Assembly: GCA_963815195.1 (NCBI GenBank)
Contig: CAWFGE010000015.1
Coordinates: forward strand, 1-64,000
Length of the DNA: 64,000 nucleotides
Origin: an uncultured Planctomycetaceae bacterium
GTDB taxonomy: Bacteria > Planctomycetota > Planctomycetia > Planctomycetales > Planctomycetaceae
Reading direction: 5' to 3'
The first letter of the stretch is position 1, and each line of letters opens with the position of its first letter. Below, one piece after another: positions 33,162 to 43,909 of this stretch. The notes beneath the pieces were generated by a model that saw only the letters and a list, made by a program, of their open reading frames with translations, was not told where the DNA came from and did no database searches. The position numbers and the translations under genes are program-made.

Positions 33162-34190
33162 CTATTCCGGCAGGTGTTTGATGACGGCGTCCGCAAACTC
33201 GAGCGTGCTCAACTCGCCGCCCAGATCACGGGTCTTCTCGCCGGTGCCGAGCGCGGTCTGATAGGCGAGATGAATCCGCCGGGCGGCGTCGCGGCAGGCG
33301 ACGTCGTTCCGCGTCACCGCGAGATGATCGAGCAGCATCTCGGCGGACATCAACAGCGCCAACGGATTCGCGAGGCCTTTCCCGGCAATGTCCGGAGCCG
33401 AACCGTGGACCGCTTCGAACACCGCCTGCTGATTGCCGATGTTCGCCCCCGGCACCACGCCCAAGCCGCCCACCAAGCCCGCGCACAAATCGCTGACCAC
33501 GTCTCCATACAGGTTCTCGAGAAGGAGCACGTCGAACTGCGACGGATCCTGCACGAGTTTCATGCAGCCGGCGTCGATGATGACTTCCTGATATTCCACT
33601 TGCGAACCGCCGTCATCGTGGGCGGCCCGGCAACATTTTAAGAGCAGGCCGTCGGTCATCTTCATGATGTTGGCTTTATGGAACACGGTGACTTTTCGGC
33701 GGCCGCGGCGAATGGCGAACTCGAACGCCCATTTCGCGATCCGGGAGCAGGCTTTTTCGGTCGCGACTTTCATGCTCATCACCACGCCCTCGGTCACGCG
33801 GTTTTCCACGCCGCTGTAAAGCCCTTCCGTGTTCTCGCGGATGATGATCAAATCCACGTTGTCGAACCGCGTGGGCACGCCCTTGAGGCTCCGCACCGGA
33901 CGGACCGCGGCGAACAGATCCAGCTTCTGCCGAAGCTGCACGTTGACCGACGTAAACCCTTCGCCCACCGGCGTCGTGCAAGGGCCCTTGAGCGCGATGC
34001 CGTATTCGCAAATCGCATTCAGTGTGGACTCGGGAAGCACCTCCTCGCCCGCATCGAGAGCCGTGATTCCCGCCGTGTAGCGGTCCCATTCCAGGGGAGC
34101 CTCCGCCGCCTGGAGCACGCGGACGACGGCTTCCGTTACTTCCGGGCCGATGCCGTCGCCCGGAATCAAAACCACGCGATGCGTCGTCAT
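33162..34190 (-). CDS. Isocitrate/isopropylmalate dehydrogenase family protein (NAD-IDH-like)
   Basis: IPGDGIGPEV, LKGP..TP, IRENTEGLY, HKANIMK, NLYGD..SD, FEAVHGSAPDIAGK. Confidence 0.93.
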   Translation of the reverse strand: MTTHRVVLIPGDGIGPEVTEAVVRVLQAAEAPLEWDRYTAGITALDAGEEVLPESTLNAICEYGIALKGPCTTPVGEGFTSVNVQLRQKLDLFAAVRPVRSLKGVPTRFDNVDLIIIRENTEGLYSGVENRVTEGVVMSMKVATEKACSRIAKWAFEFAIRRGRRKVTVFHKANIMKMTDGLLLKCCRAAHDDGGSQVEYQEVIIDAGCMKLVQDPSQFDVLLLENLYGDVVSDLCAGLVGGLGVVPGANIGNQQAVFEAVHGSAPDIAGKGLANPLALLMSAEMLLDHLAVTRNDVACRDAARRIHLAYQTALGTGEKTRDLGGELSTLEFADAVIKHLPE

Positions 34191-34199
34191 GGTCGTCCC

Positions 34200-34706
34200 T
34201 TATCCAATCGAATTCGCCGAAGAAGTCTGGCCGGCCGCTTTTTCCGAGGGCGGCGGCTGCCATTTGCGGACTTTGAGAAATCCCGCGATGCCCACGATGA
34301 TCACCGCCAGCACGATGACCACCGACAGCCAGCGGTTGCGGTTGTCGCGGATTTTCTGGAACGCCGCCGATTTTCCGACGAGCGCGGAACCCAAAAAGAA
34401 CACCACGAACGCCAGCAGGATTTTCGTGCCCATCAACATGTGGTACAGCTTGTCGCCTTCGTGATTCGGGCGGGTCACGGCGAGATAGTTGTAGAACCCG
34501 CTCAGCAAAAACAGCAAAATGCCCGCGTGCACGAACCGCTTCCAAATCCCGAGGACTCGTTCGCGAAGGGCCGAATGCTCGGCATCGGAAAGAGCCGCAG
34601 CCGCCGCGGGCGAAAGCACGTACCGCAAGAACACCGTGCCGCCCACGATGGCGATCGACGTGTAAATGTGGACCCACCGCGAGATCAGGGGGACAATCTC
34701 AACCAC
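34200..34706 (-). CDS. CopD/DUF4149-like four-TM membrane protein
   Basis: AAGGAG RBS then GTG; SRWVHI...VGG..F, LLSGFYNY, YHMLMGTKILLA. Confidence 0.65.
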   Translation of the reverse strand: MVEIVPLISRWVHIYTSIAIVGGTVFLRYVLSPAAAAALSDAEHSALRERVLGIWKRFVHAGILLFLLSGFYNYLAVTRPNHEGDKLYHMLMGTKILLAFVVFFLGSALVGKSAAFQKIRDNRNRWLSVVIVLAVIIVGIAGFLKVRKWQPPPSEKAAGQTSSANSIG

Positions 34707-34922
34707 CAGTTGATTCTCCTTGTTGAACTCTGAGAGCGGCCGCATCGGTTGATGGCCGGCCTTCAAACCGCATTGGAGCAGGTTTCGAGGGAACGCTCAA
34801 CCATGGAATCGCCGATTCTTGAAAGAGGCGGAGAGCTGAGAGCCGTGCGGAGAGGCAAGAGCCAAACGGAATGAATCATGATTTTGTGAACCATGATTCT
34901 GTGGTGAATGGGTGGATGGGAG

Positions 34923-35945
34923 TCAATAGCCCGAGACGACTTCGCCTTTGCCCCGGGTCAACAGGGCTTTGAACACGGTGACCTGGATGTTTTCGCTGAT
35001 AAACACCGCGTGGCCGTCGGAGAAGGCGAATTGCACGCCGCCTTGATGGGGACTGGAGAACTGAAACCGGGCCTCGGCGTTATTCGAGCAGGAGGTGCTG
35101 AAATAATTCATGCCGGGCTGAGCACAGCTTGCGGCGGCTTTCCACCAGCGAAGCGATCCGCGGGCAAAAGCCCCGCCACCGCCACCGCCACCGCCACCGC
35201 CACCGCCTCCGCCACCGCCACCGCCACCGCCACCGCCACTACCTCCGCCACCTCCGCCACCTCCGCCACCTCCGCCACCTCCGCCACCGGAACCGCCACC
35301 GGAACCGCTGCCGGAACCGCTGCCGCCGTTGTTCATCGCGCCGCGGGCCCAGCCGCCGAACTCAAAGGCCAGTTCGCCGCCGGCAATCGTGTTGGAAGCC
35401 CCATCGGTCAGGTCGCGGAAGGAAACCCGCGAGAGGGGATACAGCATGCCGTCGTCATTGCCGGGAGCGGTGCCCGCGTTGCCTGCATAATGGTTCGTCG
35501 CATAGGCGTTGTCGACCAGGCCGTCTTCCGGTTGGGACGGGCACACATACACGGGCACCCATTGGCTGACGGCGTACGCGTTGTTGGCGTGATCGAACCG
35601 CACATTGCAATTGTAGCGGCGATAAAGCGGGGCCTGGTCCACGAAGGGCAGGATCAGCGTTTCCCAGGTGTGCAGGAGTTCCTTCTGCGATTGGCCGCCG
35701 GTGTCGCCCAGGACGCCCGGCGGAAAAACTTTGTGCGTGGACTGATAATTGTGAAGCGCAATGCCGATCTGCTTGAGGTTGTTCTTGCACTGGCTGCGGC
35801 GGGCCGCCTCCCGCGCCTGCTGAACCGCCGGCAGCAGCAAGGCCACGAGAATTGCAATGATCGCAATCACGACCAGAAGCTCGATCAACGTAAAACCGCG
35901 GACGCTCGTTTTGCGGGAAGCAGAAAGAGAATTGCTCGTCGGCAT
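34923..35945 (-). CDS. DUF1559 prepilin-type N-terminal cleavage/methylation protein with a poly-glycine insert
   Basis: [46 protein letters not shown]-terminal H-x9-DG ([12 protein letters not shown]). Confidence 0.95.
   Translation of the reverse strand: MPTSNSLSASRKTSVRGFTLIELLVVIAIIAILVALLLPAVQQAREAARRSQCKNNLKQIGIALHNYQSTHKVFPPGVLGDTGGQSQKELLHTWETLILPFVDQAPLYRRYNCNVRFDHANNAYAVSQWVPVYVCPSQPEDGLVDNAYATNHYAGNAGTAPGNDDGMLYPLSRVSFRDLTDGASNTIAGGELAFEFGGWARGAMNNGGSGSGSGSGGGSGGGGGGGGGGGGGGGGSGGGGGGGGGGGGGGGGGGGGGGAFARGSLRWWKAAASCAQPGMNYFSTSCSNNAEARFQFSSPHQGGVQFAFSDGHAVFISENIQVTVFKALLTRGKGEVVSGY
35172..35327. repeat. Gly-codon microsatellite (GGC/GGT/GGA on the minus strand) inside the DUF1559 gene
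   Basis: Runs of CCACCG, CCTCCGCCA and CCGGAA units encoding ~52 residues of Gly with a few Ser. Confidence 0.95.
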
Positions 35946-35980
35946 GGTTTATCCCACGGTTCGTAAAGGTTCGGCTGGCG

Positions 35981-36718
35981 TCAACGAAGACGCACGGCCT
36001 CCCAATCGGGGCGATCGACTTCGCTGCCTGCATTGATCCGCCGGGCGAACAACACCACCTGCCCGTTTCGATAATTCGGCCGCAGGTGTTTGCCCACGTC
36101 CACCGTGCCCGAAACGATCGGCCGCTCGGTGTCCACTTCGCGGACCAACACGCTTCGGCGCGTCAATGTCTCCAGCGGCGTTTTCCCCGTTAGATCGTCC
36201 GGCCACGCGCCAAGCTGCACGATCCGGCCGTCGTTTTTTGTGACCGCCAATCCCACCGCCGCCAGCGCACCGATCACGCCGTCTTCCGTTCCGCCCAAAC
36301 CCTCCAGGCGGATCCCCTCGGCCTCCGCGAGCCCTCGGGCCTCGGCCTGCGCCATCAACTGCCGTTGGCATCGCAGTCCGAATTCCGTCACCGATCGGGG
36401 GACGCGGGCCGTCACACACAAACCGGGATCGCTCCCGGCGACGAAGCGTTTTTTCAGCCCCAACCGAAACCCCGCGAACACGGTTTCGCACAATGTTTCC
36501 ACGGAGAGGTTTTGGGGTTCCCCGGTGTTAGGCTCGAGCCAAATGGAGGCCGAGCCGTTTTGGGAGGTGTAAGGCACGCGGGGATCGTCGAACAGTTGAT
36601 GCCGAATAATCAGCACGCACTCGAACCGCTCCGCCAGTTCCGCCACGATCGCCTTGGCGAGTTGATTGGTGCCGGGAGAATCCCGCGTATCGGTGTCGTC
36701 GATTCCCACGTAGATCAT
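35981..36718 (-). CDS. GIDDTD-motif protein resembling the N-terminal region of TiaS (COG1571-like)
   Basis: MIYVGIDDTD....GT, RHQL..DPRVPYTSQN.SA, GSDPGLC, GGTEDGVIGALAAVGL; ATGA overlap with the upstream gene. Confidence 0.75.
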   Translation of the reverse strand: MIYVGIDDTDTRDSPGTNQLAKAIVAELAERFECVLIIRHQLFDDPRVPYTSQNGSASIWLEPNTGEPQNLSVETLCETVFAGFRLGLKKRFVAGSDPGLCVTARVPRSVTEFGLRCQRQLMAQAEARGLAEAEGIRLEGLGGTEDGVIGALAAVGLAVTKNDGRIVQLGAWPDDLTGKTPLETLTRRSVLVREVDTERPIVSGTVDVGKHLRPNYRNGQVVLFARRINAGSEVDRPDWEAVRLR

Positions 36719-37347
36719 GACGCCGGCGGCTCCGCGGGACCATGTGGGAGTTTGGGACCGGCGGCATGAAACCAGACGGCGGCGCTGATGACGCCCGCGA
36801 CCACTCCGCAAATCGCATAGGTGAAGACCGCCTCGGGCCACCAGCCGGCGAACGACCGCCCGCCGCCGCCGGGACCGCCGGCATATTTGGTCAGAGCGCG
36901 AATCGCGAACGCCACGAAGTTCGTCGCAAACCCGGCGAGGGCGAAGCTGATATAAATTCGCCAACCCGGCTTCGCGGACCAGAGGGCCAGGTCCATCATT
37001 GGTCCGGTGAGGAGCAAACTCGTGCTCGCGCCCCAACCGGGCGTCGCCTGCCCGCCGAGCTTCATCCAAAACAGCGACAGCACGGCTCCCAGGCCCATCA
37101 CCGTGCCCGCACCGCGGCGGGGCACAAACGCGAGCCCCATCGCCATCGGAAACACGGCCCGCAAAATCGCGTGGCCGGGAATCCGCAGACTCCAGTCCCA
37201 AAGCACCGAAGCGCTCGCCGCCATTGCCCCGAACAACAAGAGCGCCGCAAATTCCAAAATCGGCAGCGCTGCCTCGGCCTGCCCCAGCCAAGGCAGCCGC
37301 GTGGCTTGCTGCAACGCATCGTGCCTGGGCAATCCCCGCAAACGCAT
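36715..37347 (-). CDS. Integral membrane protein, ECF S-component-like
   Basis: ~6 hydrophobic helices in 210 aa, with LRIPGH and PRRGAGT motifs. Confidence 0.55.
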   Translation of the reverse strand: MRLRGLPRHDALQQATRLPWLGQAEAALPILEFAALLLFGAMAASASVLWDWSLRIPGHAILRAVFPMAMGLAFVPRRGAGTVMGLGAVLSLFWMKLGGQATPGWGASTSLLLTGPMMDLALWSAKPGWRIYISFALAGFATNFVAFAIRALTKYAGGPGGGGRSFAGWWPEAVFTYAICGVVAGVISAAVWFHAAGPKLPHGPAEPPAS

Positions 37348-37399
37348 CGCCGTTTTCCTTGAAAGAACTCAAATAGCACGAACATGCAATTTGGCGGCC

Positions 37400-37427
37400 A
37401 CTATACAACAAATCGGCGACACTGCAA
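37400..37427 (-). promoter_or_regulatory. Putative sigma70 promoter for the ECF-S / GIDDTD / DUF1559 operon
   Basis: Minus strand TTGCAG-16 nt-TATAGT, ~50 nt upstream of ATG 37347. Confidence 0.4.
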
Positions 37428-37645
37428 ACGACCCGCGGGATTTTTCCCGCGCCGCGATTTCCCGCCGCCCAGACGCGAAATCACACCCAGGGGCTTTCGC
37501 CGCGGGCGGGTGATGGGCTAATCTGGACTATCGCCCATAGAATAGAGGGAATTTCCCCAAAATCCCTTCCCGTCATCCTTGAACGATCGAACGTTTCCCG
37601 TCAGGATTTCACCTTCGATCCCCGGCAACGACGTTTCATTTTTCT

Positions 37646-40047
37646 TTGGTCATCGCCTTGTTGAAACACTTTGGGTTAATCGCATTTTTCGCGTGCTGGC
37701 TGATTGCCGGCCGGTCGGCGGCGGCGGACACGTCTCCCGTGGATTCCGCTGTGCTCGCGCGAGTCGGCTTCGACGGGCGGTTCAAAGTCGGCCAGTGGAC
37801 GCCACTCTCCGCGCGCATCAAAACCAACCGGGCTTGCCGGCTGGAACTGGAAATTGAAGCCCCGGATCCCGACGGCAACCGCGCGGTTTGGCGGGATGAA
37901 TTCTCCCTGCCCCAGGCGGGCACGCACGAAGTCACCGCGCTGTTCCAAACAGGTTGGCTCGAAACCACGCTTCGCGTCCGCGTGAAGGCCCGCGAGTTTC
38001 AAGGGGAGGAAACGTGGACCGTCCCTGTGAAAGCCGGCGAAGGGCCGGAGGCTCAATTCGCGCAGAAGGCTCTCACGCACGATGTGCTCCTGGTGGGCAC
38101 CTTGGGAAACCCGGGCGGCTTGAAAGACATGGAAGGCCTGCCCGCCGAATCCGGCCAACTCGAGGAAACCCGCGTCCCGAACACGCCGATTCGCATTGCG
38201 CGATTGAAGAACCCGTCGCGGTGGATTTTATCTCCGTCGGGCGAACACGCTCAGCCGTTCGCGAACGCCACGGGGCTCGAGGCACTCGATGCCGTGATCA
38301 TTTCCGGCGACTATGCCATGAAGCCCGCCGCCGCCACCGCCCTCAAGAATTGGGTGACGCTCGGCGGGCATTTGATTTTGTCCGTCGGCGAAGACCTGGG
38401 CGTCTACCAAAACAGCCCGCTCTCGGATTGGGTTTCCAAGCCCACAGGACCGGAAAACGAAGCCGGCTTTCGCGTCACGGGCGCGACGCAGTACCGGGAC
38501 TTAAGCGCGCTCGAGACCTTCGCCGGCAGGTCGGAACCGCTGAAGATCAACCGCCAAAATCCCGTTCCGGGAGCGCGGATCGAAGCGGGAGCCGGTGCGC
38601 GCACGTGCTCGTTTCCGGACGGAGCGGCCCCTTGATCGTCCGCGTGCCTTACGGGTTGGGGACGGTGACAATGATCGGCGTCGATCTGAACCGGGACCCG
38701 GTCCAATCCTGGCCCGCTTTGCCTTTGACCCTGCGAAACCTGCTGCTTCCGCAAAACCGCCGGGAGGAAAAACGCGCCCCATCCGCGAACAACCAACTCG
38801 CCTACAGCGGCATCGGCGAGTTCGCGACGCAAATTCAAACCGCCTTGTCGCGGTTCCCCACCGTCGACCGCCTCTCCACCTGGGCGATTATCGGAATGCT
38901 CTTCGCCTATCTGCTCGCCATCGGCCCGGTGGATTATTTCCTCGTGCATCACCTGCTCAAACGGCCGAGGCTGACCTGGATCACGTTCCCCGTGTTCGTC
39001 ATCGCGGCGGCGGCGTTTTCCGTGTGGTCGGCCCGCACCCACAACGGGGACACGCTCATCGCCAACCAATTGGACGTTCTGGATTTCGATGCCTCGACCA
39101 AGACGCTCCGCTCCCGGTCTTGGGTGACGATCTACAGCCCCGAAACCCGCCGCTACGAAGTCACGCTGACCGCCAACGGCCGGCTCGCCGGCGGGGACGC
39201 TTCGCAGAAGGCAGAGCCGCTCGTGCGCACGGCGTGGGCGGGCGTGCCGGAATCCACCTTCGGCGGGATGTATCGCACCGGAGGCATGCAGATGACCCGC
39301 GCCCCGTATTGGTTCGCCCCCAAAGCGGCCGGCATCGAGAACCTGCCGATCCCGTTATGGGGAGCCAAGTCGCTCACGGGCGAATGGTTCCTTCCGGATG
39401 TGCCGCTTGTGGAGAGTCAACTCGAAACAACGGGGGCGGGCCGGCTGCGGGGGACATTCGAGCATCACTTCCCGGTGCCGATCACCGATTGGTTCCTGGC
39501 GTACAATTCACGCGTCTTCCGCCCGCGGCCCAGCCTGGTCACCGGCGCAGAGGCCCCGCTGCCGCCCGGTCGAAACTGGCCGGCGAACGATCCCACGTGG
39601 AGCCGGGTCAATCAGCGGGAACTCACGGGCTATCTCACCCGAACCGTCGCCCGCGAGATCGGACGCCAACGCAACGCGAGCAAAACGAATGTCATTCAGG
39701 AACCGAGAATCCGCATGGAGCAGCAGGTTTACGATCCCTTGGCCGCGGGCAACCCCGACCCGCTCGCGGACATCTTGCGAATCCTGACGTTCTACCGCCG
39801 CGTGGGAGGCAAGGGCTACACCGGCCTCGACAACGACACCCTCCGCGACATGGATTTCTCCGAGCGCCTCGATCTGAACCGGGCCGTGCTCTTCGGCCGC
39901 GTGGATCTCCCGTCCGCGAACCTGCACATCAAAGATCAAAAACCCGATGAAAACCAACACGCCACGTTCATCCGCATCGTGCTGCCGGTCAAACAACTTG
40001 GCACAGCCCCCGAAACCCCGCTCCAACTGAAGAACTCCAACGACTGA
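37646..40047 (+). CDS. Large exported/membrane protein associated with an ABC transporter; frameshift near 38605
   Basis: Signal peptide, VGFDGRFKVGQWTP, glutamine-amidotransferase-like segment (WVTLGGHL, YGLGTV), TM hairpin YLLAIGPVDYFL...LTWITFP. Confidence 0.7.
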
Positions 40048-40056
40048 GACGCCCCC

Positions 40057-40983
40057 GTGATTGAGACACGCAAACTCACCAAAAAATACGGCGACCTGAT
40101 TGCGGTCAACGAGATCGACTTGAACCTCAAGGAAGGCGATGTGTTCGGGTTCATCGGCCCTAACGGGTCCGGCAAGACCACGACGATGCGGATGATCGCC
40201 ACGCTCCTCAATCCCGACTACGGCGAAGCCTACGTCTGCGGGAAATCCATCTACCGCGAGCCGCAGGAAATCCGCCGGCTCGTGGGCTACATGCCCGACT
40301 TCTTCGGCGTGTACGACGACATGACCGTCATCGAGTACCTCGAATTCTTCGCGTCGGCTTACCGCATCGCGCCCCACAAACGCCGGGCCATCTGCGAGGA
40401 GAAGCTGGAACTGGTCGATATGAGCTTCAAACGCGACGCCTACGCCAGCCAACTCTCCCGCGGCCAGACACAGCGGATCGGCCTGGCCCGCGTGCTGCTC
40501 CACGAGCCGCAAGTCCTGCTGCTCGACGAACCCGCCAGCGGCCTCGATCCCAGAGCCCGAATTGAAATTCGCAACCTGCTCAAGCAGTTGGGCGAACTCA
40601 ACAAAACGGTGATCGTCTCCAGCCACATCCTGCCCGAACTCGCGGATGTCTGCACGCGGGTGGGCATGATCGAAAAGGGGAACCTTATGGTGGACGACTA
40701 TGTGCAGGATGTGCTTCGAAAGGCCCGCGAAGCGCTGCTGCTTTATATTCGCGTCACCGAAAACCCCGACAAAGCCGCCGCCTTGATCGAACAGCACGAA
40801 GGCGTGGCTCAGGTGACGATGAAAGGCGACATGATTCTGGTCACGCTGCAAAAAGACGTGGACGATTACAGCTTCCTCCCGAGCCTCTTGTTCGAAGCCG
40901 GCTACAAGCTGCTCCTGTTCCGCGAAGAAGACGTCAACCTGGAAACCGCCTTCATGAAACTCACCAAAGGCACCCAGCAGTAA
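40057..40983 (+). CDS. ABC-2 type transporter ATP-binding protein
   Basis: Walker A GPNGSGKT, signature LSRGQ, Walker B LLLDEP, SSH switch. Confidence 0.95.
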   Translation: MIETRKLTKKYGDLIAVNEIDLNLKEGDVFGFIGPNGSGKTTTMRMIATLLNPDYGEAYVCGKSIYREPQEIRRLVGYMPDFFGVYDDMTVIEYLEFFASAYRIAPHKRRAICEEKLELVDMSFKRDAYASQLSRGQTQRIGLARVLLHEPQVLLLDEPASGLDPRARIEIRNLLKQLGELNKTVIVSSHILPELADVCTRVGMIEKGNLMVDDYVQDVLRKAREALLLYIRVTENPDKAAALIEQHEGVAQVTMKGDMILVTLQKDVDDYSFLPSLLFEAGYKLLLFREEDVNLETAFMKLTKGTQQ

Positions 40984-41312
40984 GTCGCCGTTCGCTCATC
41001 CCCTCGTTCCCAAGCTCTGCTTTGGAATGCACTGGTCGCCAGCTTGGCCCTGGAAATGTCGAGGCCAGTGTTGAATTCTTGCATCAAAAGCCCTTAAAAA
41101 GTTGATTCCTGCCGGAAAAACCTCCTGCCGTTTTCCACCAACCCTCCGGATGCCTCGTGAAGACGTCCATTCCCCCTCTCGTTGTTGGAATCTTCGTTGC
41201 CTGATGAATCCTCGAGACCCGAGCCTAATCCCACTGGACTCCCGCGGCGATGTTTCGCATAATTGGGTTTTGATGTGATTGAAGCCGCGGCAGAACCTCG
41301 AGGAGCAGCACG

Positions 41313-42721
41313 ATGTTGACCATCTCCGATCCCCGGCCCGACCGGAACTGCCAGGGATTGGCCCGGCGGGAGTTTTTGAAGATCGGCGGCTTGGGCTTTG
41401 GGGGCCTTGGGCTGGCGGATTTGCTGAAGGTGCGGGCGGCCGCGGCGAGCGGCGGGCCGGTGGTTCGCGACAAGTCGGTCGTGTTTCTGTTCTTGCAGGG
41501 CGGGCCGAGCCATATCGAAACCTTCGATCCCAAGATGTCGGCCCCTTCGGAAATCCGCAGCATCTTTGGCGAAGTTCCCACCAAACATGCGGGCATCACC
41601 TTCGGGCGCACTTTCCCGAGCTCGCCCGGTTGGCGGACCGGTTTTCCATCGTGCGGTCTTACGGTTCCAACAACGCGGGGCATACTTATCAAGGCGTCGC
41701 CAGCGGCGGGAACGAATTGAAAGCCACGATGGGGGCGCTTTATGCGCGGGTCGCGGGCACGAACCATCCCGTGACCGGCATGCCCAGGAACACGCTGATC
41801 GTCCCCGAAGCCATCGATCCCGACATGCCGATCGGCAAAAACTTTGAGACCGGGGCCCTCCCGACGCTCACTGCGCCCGGCGATTTGGGTCCGGCGTTTG
41901 CCGCGTTCGATCCGCAGGGCGGCGGGACGCTCAAAGAGAACATGGAACTCAAACTGCCCTCCGCGCGGTTTGAGGACCGCCGGATCTTGTTGTCGCATTT
42001 GGATCGGATTCGCCGGCAGGTCGATGCGACCGGCATGCTCGCGGGCTTGGACAAATACCAACAGCAGGCGTTCGATGTGATCGTGGGCGGCGTCGCGGAT
42101 GCGTTCGATCTCTCCAAAGAAGACCCCCAAACCATCGCCCGCTACGACACCAGCCATCTATTTTCCAACGAAGAGGTGCAGCGCTGGGGCGACATGCGGC
42201 GGAGTTCCAACCTGCTCGGCAAGCAGTTGCTGCTCGCCCGCCGGCTCTGTGAAGCGGGCTGCGGGTTTGTGACCGTCTCGGACTGTGGCTGGGACATGCA
42301 CTCCAACGGCAACAGCCCCAAACACCTGGGCGGGATGAAATGGCTCGGCCCGCAGGTCGATCACGCGGTCGCGGCCTTCATCCGGGACGTCGAAGAACGC
42401 GGCCTCTCGGATCGCATTCTGCTCGTCGTCACCGGCGAAATGGGACGGACGCCGCGCATCAACAAAAACGGCGGCCGGGACCACTATGGCAATTTGACGC
42501 CGTTGTTATTTGCCGGCGGCGGCCTCAACATGGGCCAGGTCATCGGCCAATCCGACAACCACGCCACGCAGCCCCAGACCAGACCCTACCGCCCCGAGCA
42601 TCTCCTGGCGACGGTGATGCATGTGCTGTTCGACATCAGCGAACTCCGCATCACGCCCAGCGTCCCCCGCGACATCATCAAAGCCGCCACCGAAGGCGAA
42701 CCGATTGTTGAGCTCGTGTGA
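41313..42721 (+). CDS. DUF1501 domain protein; frameshift near 41605-41630
   Basis: ARREFLKIG, FLQGGPSHIETFDPK, LARRLCEAG, WDMH, GEMGRTP, GRDH. Confidence 0.9.
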
Positions 42722-42814
42722 GCGATGTAGATTTCCGCGCCGCCGTTGCACCAGCCGAGCGGGCAAACTATCGTCGCCTTTGGGAGTTTTTTTCTTCTCA
42801 GGTGACGAGGAACC

Positions 42815-43606
42815 ATGCACAGCGAATTGGAGATTGCCCGGCGGGCGGCGGAGGCGGGGGGCGATGTGGTCGCCTCGGCTTATCAAAAAGGCGTTGAGAT
42901 TCGGAGCAAAGCCGTTTCGGATCTGGTGACCGATGCGGACCTCGAAAGCGAGCAGGCGATTGCCCGCGTGGTCCGCGAAGCCTTTCCCGATCATGCGATT
43001 CTGGGGGAGGAGACGTTTCGGGACGATGCCACGGCCGAGCGGTTGTGGGTCGTCGATCCCTTGGACGGCACCACGAATTTCGCCCACGGCATTCCGCATT
43101 TTGCGATTTCCGTCGCTTATTACCAAAACGGCGAGCCGGTGTGCGGGGTGATTTTCAATCCGATCACGCAGGATTGGTACACCGCGGCGCGGGGCGAGGG
43201 CGCCTTTGCGAACGGTCGGCGGGTGCATGTCGCCGAAGAAGATCGACTGTCCGAGGTGCTCGTCGGCGTGGGGTTTTATTACGACCGCGGGGCGATGATG
43301 GAAGCCACCCTCGCGGCGGTGCGGGATTTGTTTCACCAGCAAATCCACGGCATCCGGCGGTTCGGGACGGCTTCGTTGGATTTGGTGCAGGTCGGAATGG
43401 GCCGATATGGGGCGTTTTTTGAATATCAACTTTCGCCGTGGGACTTCGCGGCGGGCCGACTGTTCGTGGAGGAAGCGGGCGGGCGAGTGACGACGGCCAC
43501 GGGCGACGAGTTGCCGCTTGAGAAAACCGGCATCCTGGCATCCAACGGCCGGCTTCACGAGGCGGTTTTGAAAATCATCGCCCCGCACGCCCCCCTTAAG
43601 GAATGA
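42815..43606 (+). CDS. Inositol monophosphatase (SuhB-like)
   Basis: DLVTDAD, ILGEE, WVVDPLDGTTNF, RRFGTASLD, WDFAAG. Confidence 0.92.
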   Translation: MHSELEIARRAAEAGGDVVASAYQKGVEIRSKAVSDLVTDADLESEQAIARVVREAFPDHAILGEETFRDDATAERLWVVDPLDGTTNFAHGIPHFAISVAYYQNGEPVCGVIFNPITQDWYTAARGEGAFANGRRVHVAEEDRLSEVLVGVGFYYDRGAMMEATLAAVRDLFHQQIHGIRRFGTASLDLVQVGMGRYGAFFEYQLSPWDFAAGRLFVEEAGGRVTTATGDELPLEKTGILASNGRLHEAVLKIIAPHAPLKE

Positions 43607-43757
43607 TTTTTGCCCTGTCTGGACGCACTGGAAACGTGAAAATCCCCGGCAAGGGGTGAAGTCGCACTCTGATGCGAGTAAGATGGAGTTTGTTGATGAT
43701 TGTCGGTAGGACACCAGCCCGAAGCGCAAGTTTTGAAGTTGCGCGACCTGCAAAAAT

Positions 43758-43840
43758 GTGAGCGGAAGGGCGCTAGCCCCCTGCCTTTTCAACGGAAATT
43801 TGGATATTACAAGGCCGGCGGCTAGCGCCGTGCCGCTCAC
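43758..43840. repeat. Family-A REP-like hairpin
   Basis: GTGAGCGGAAGGGCGCTAGCC ... GGCTAGCGCCGTGCCGCTCAC. Confidence 0.85.
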
Positions 43841-43909
43841 AATGGACGCTCGTATTAATCAGTTGAACAAAACGACGAGAAGCCTCTGAGATTTAAGGGA
43901 GATTTGATA

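Noticed and set aside
34908..35966. Plus-strand ORFs with Thr/Ala and His/Arg repeats (34908..35966, 35129..35569)
   Set aside because: Antisense shadows of the poly-Gly tract in the well-supported DUF1559 gene.
37348..37640. Cobalamin riboswitch upstream of the ECF-S-like gene
   Set aside because: Only a GGTGAAATCC-like fragment is present, the conserved CCCGC.ACTGT and B12-box elements were not found, and a plausible promoter sits only ~50 nt from the start codon.
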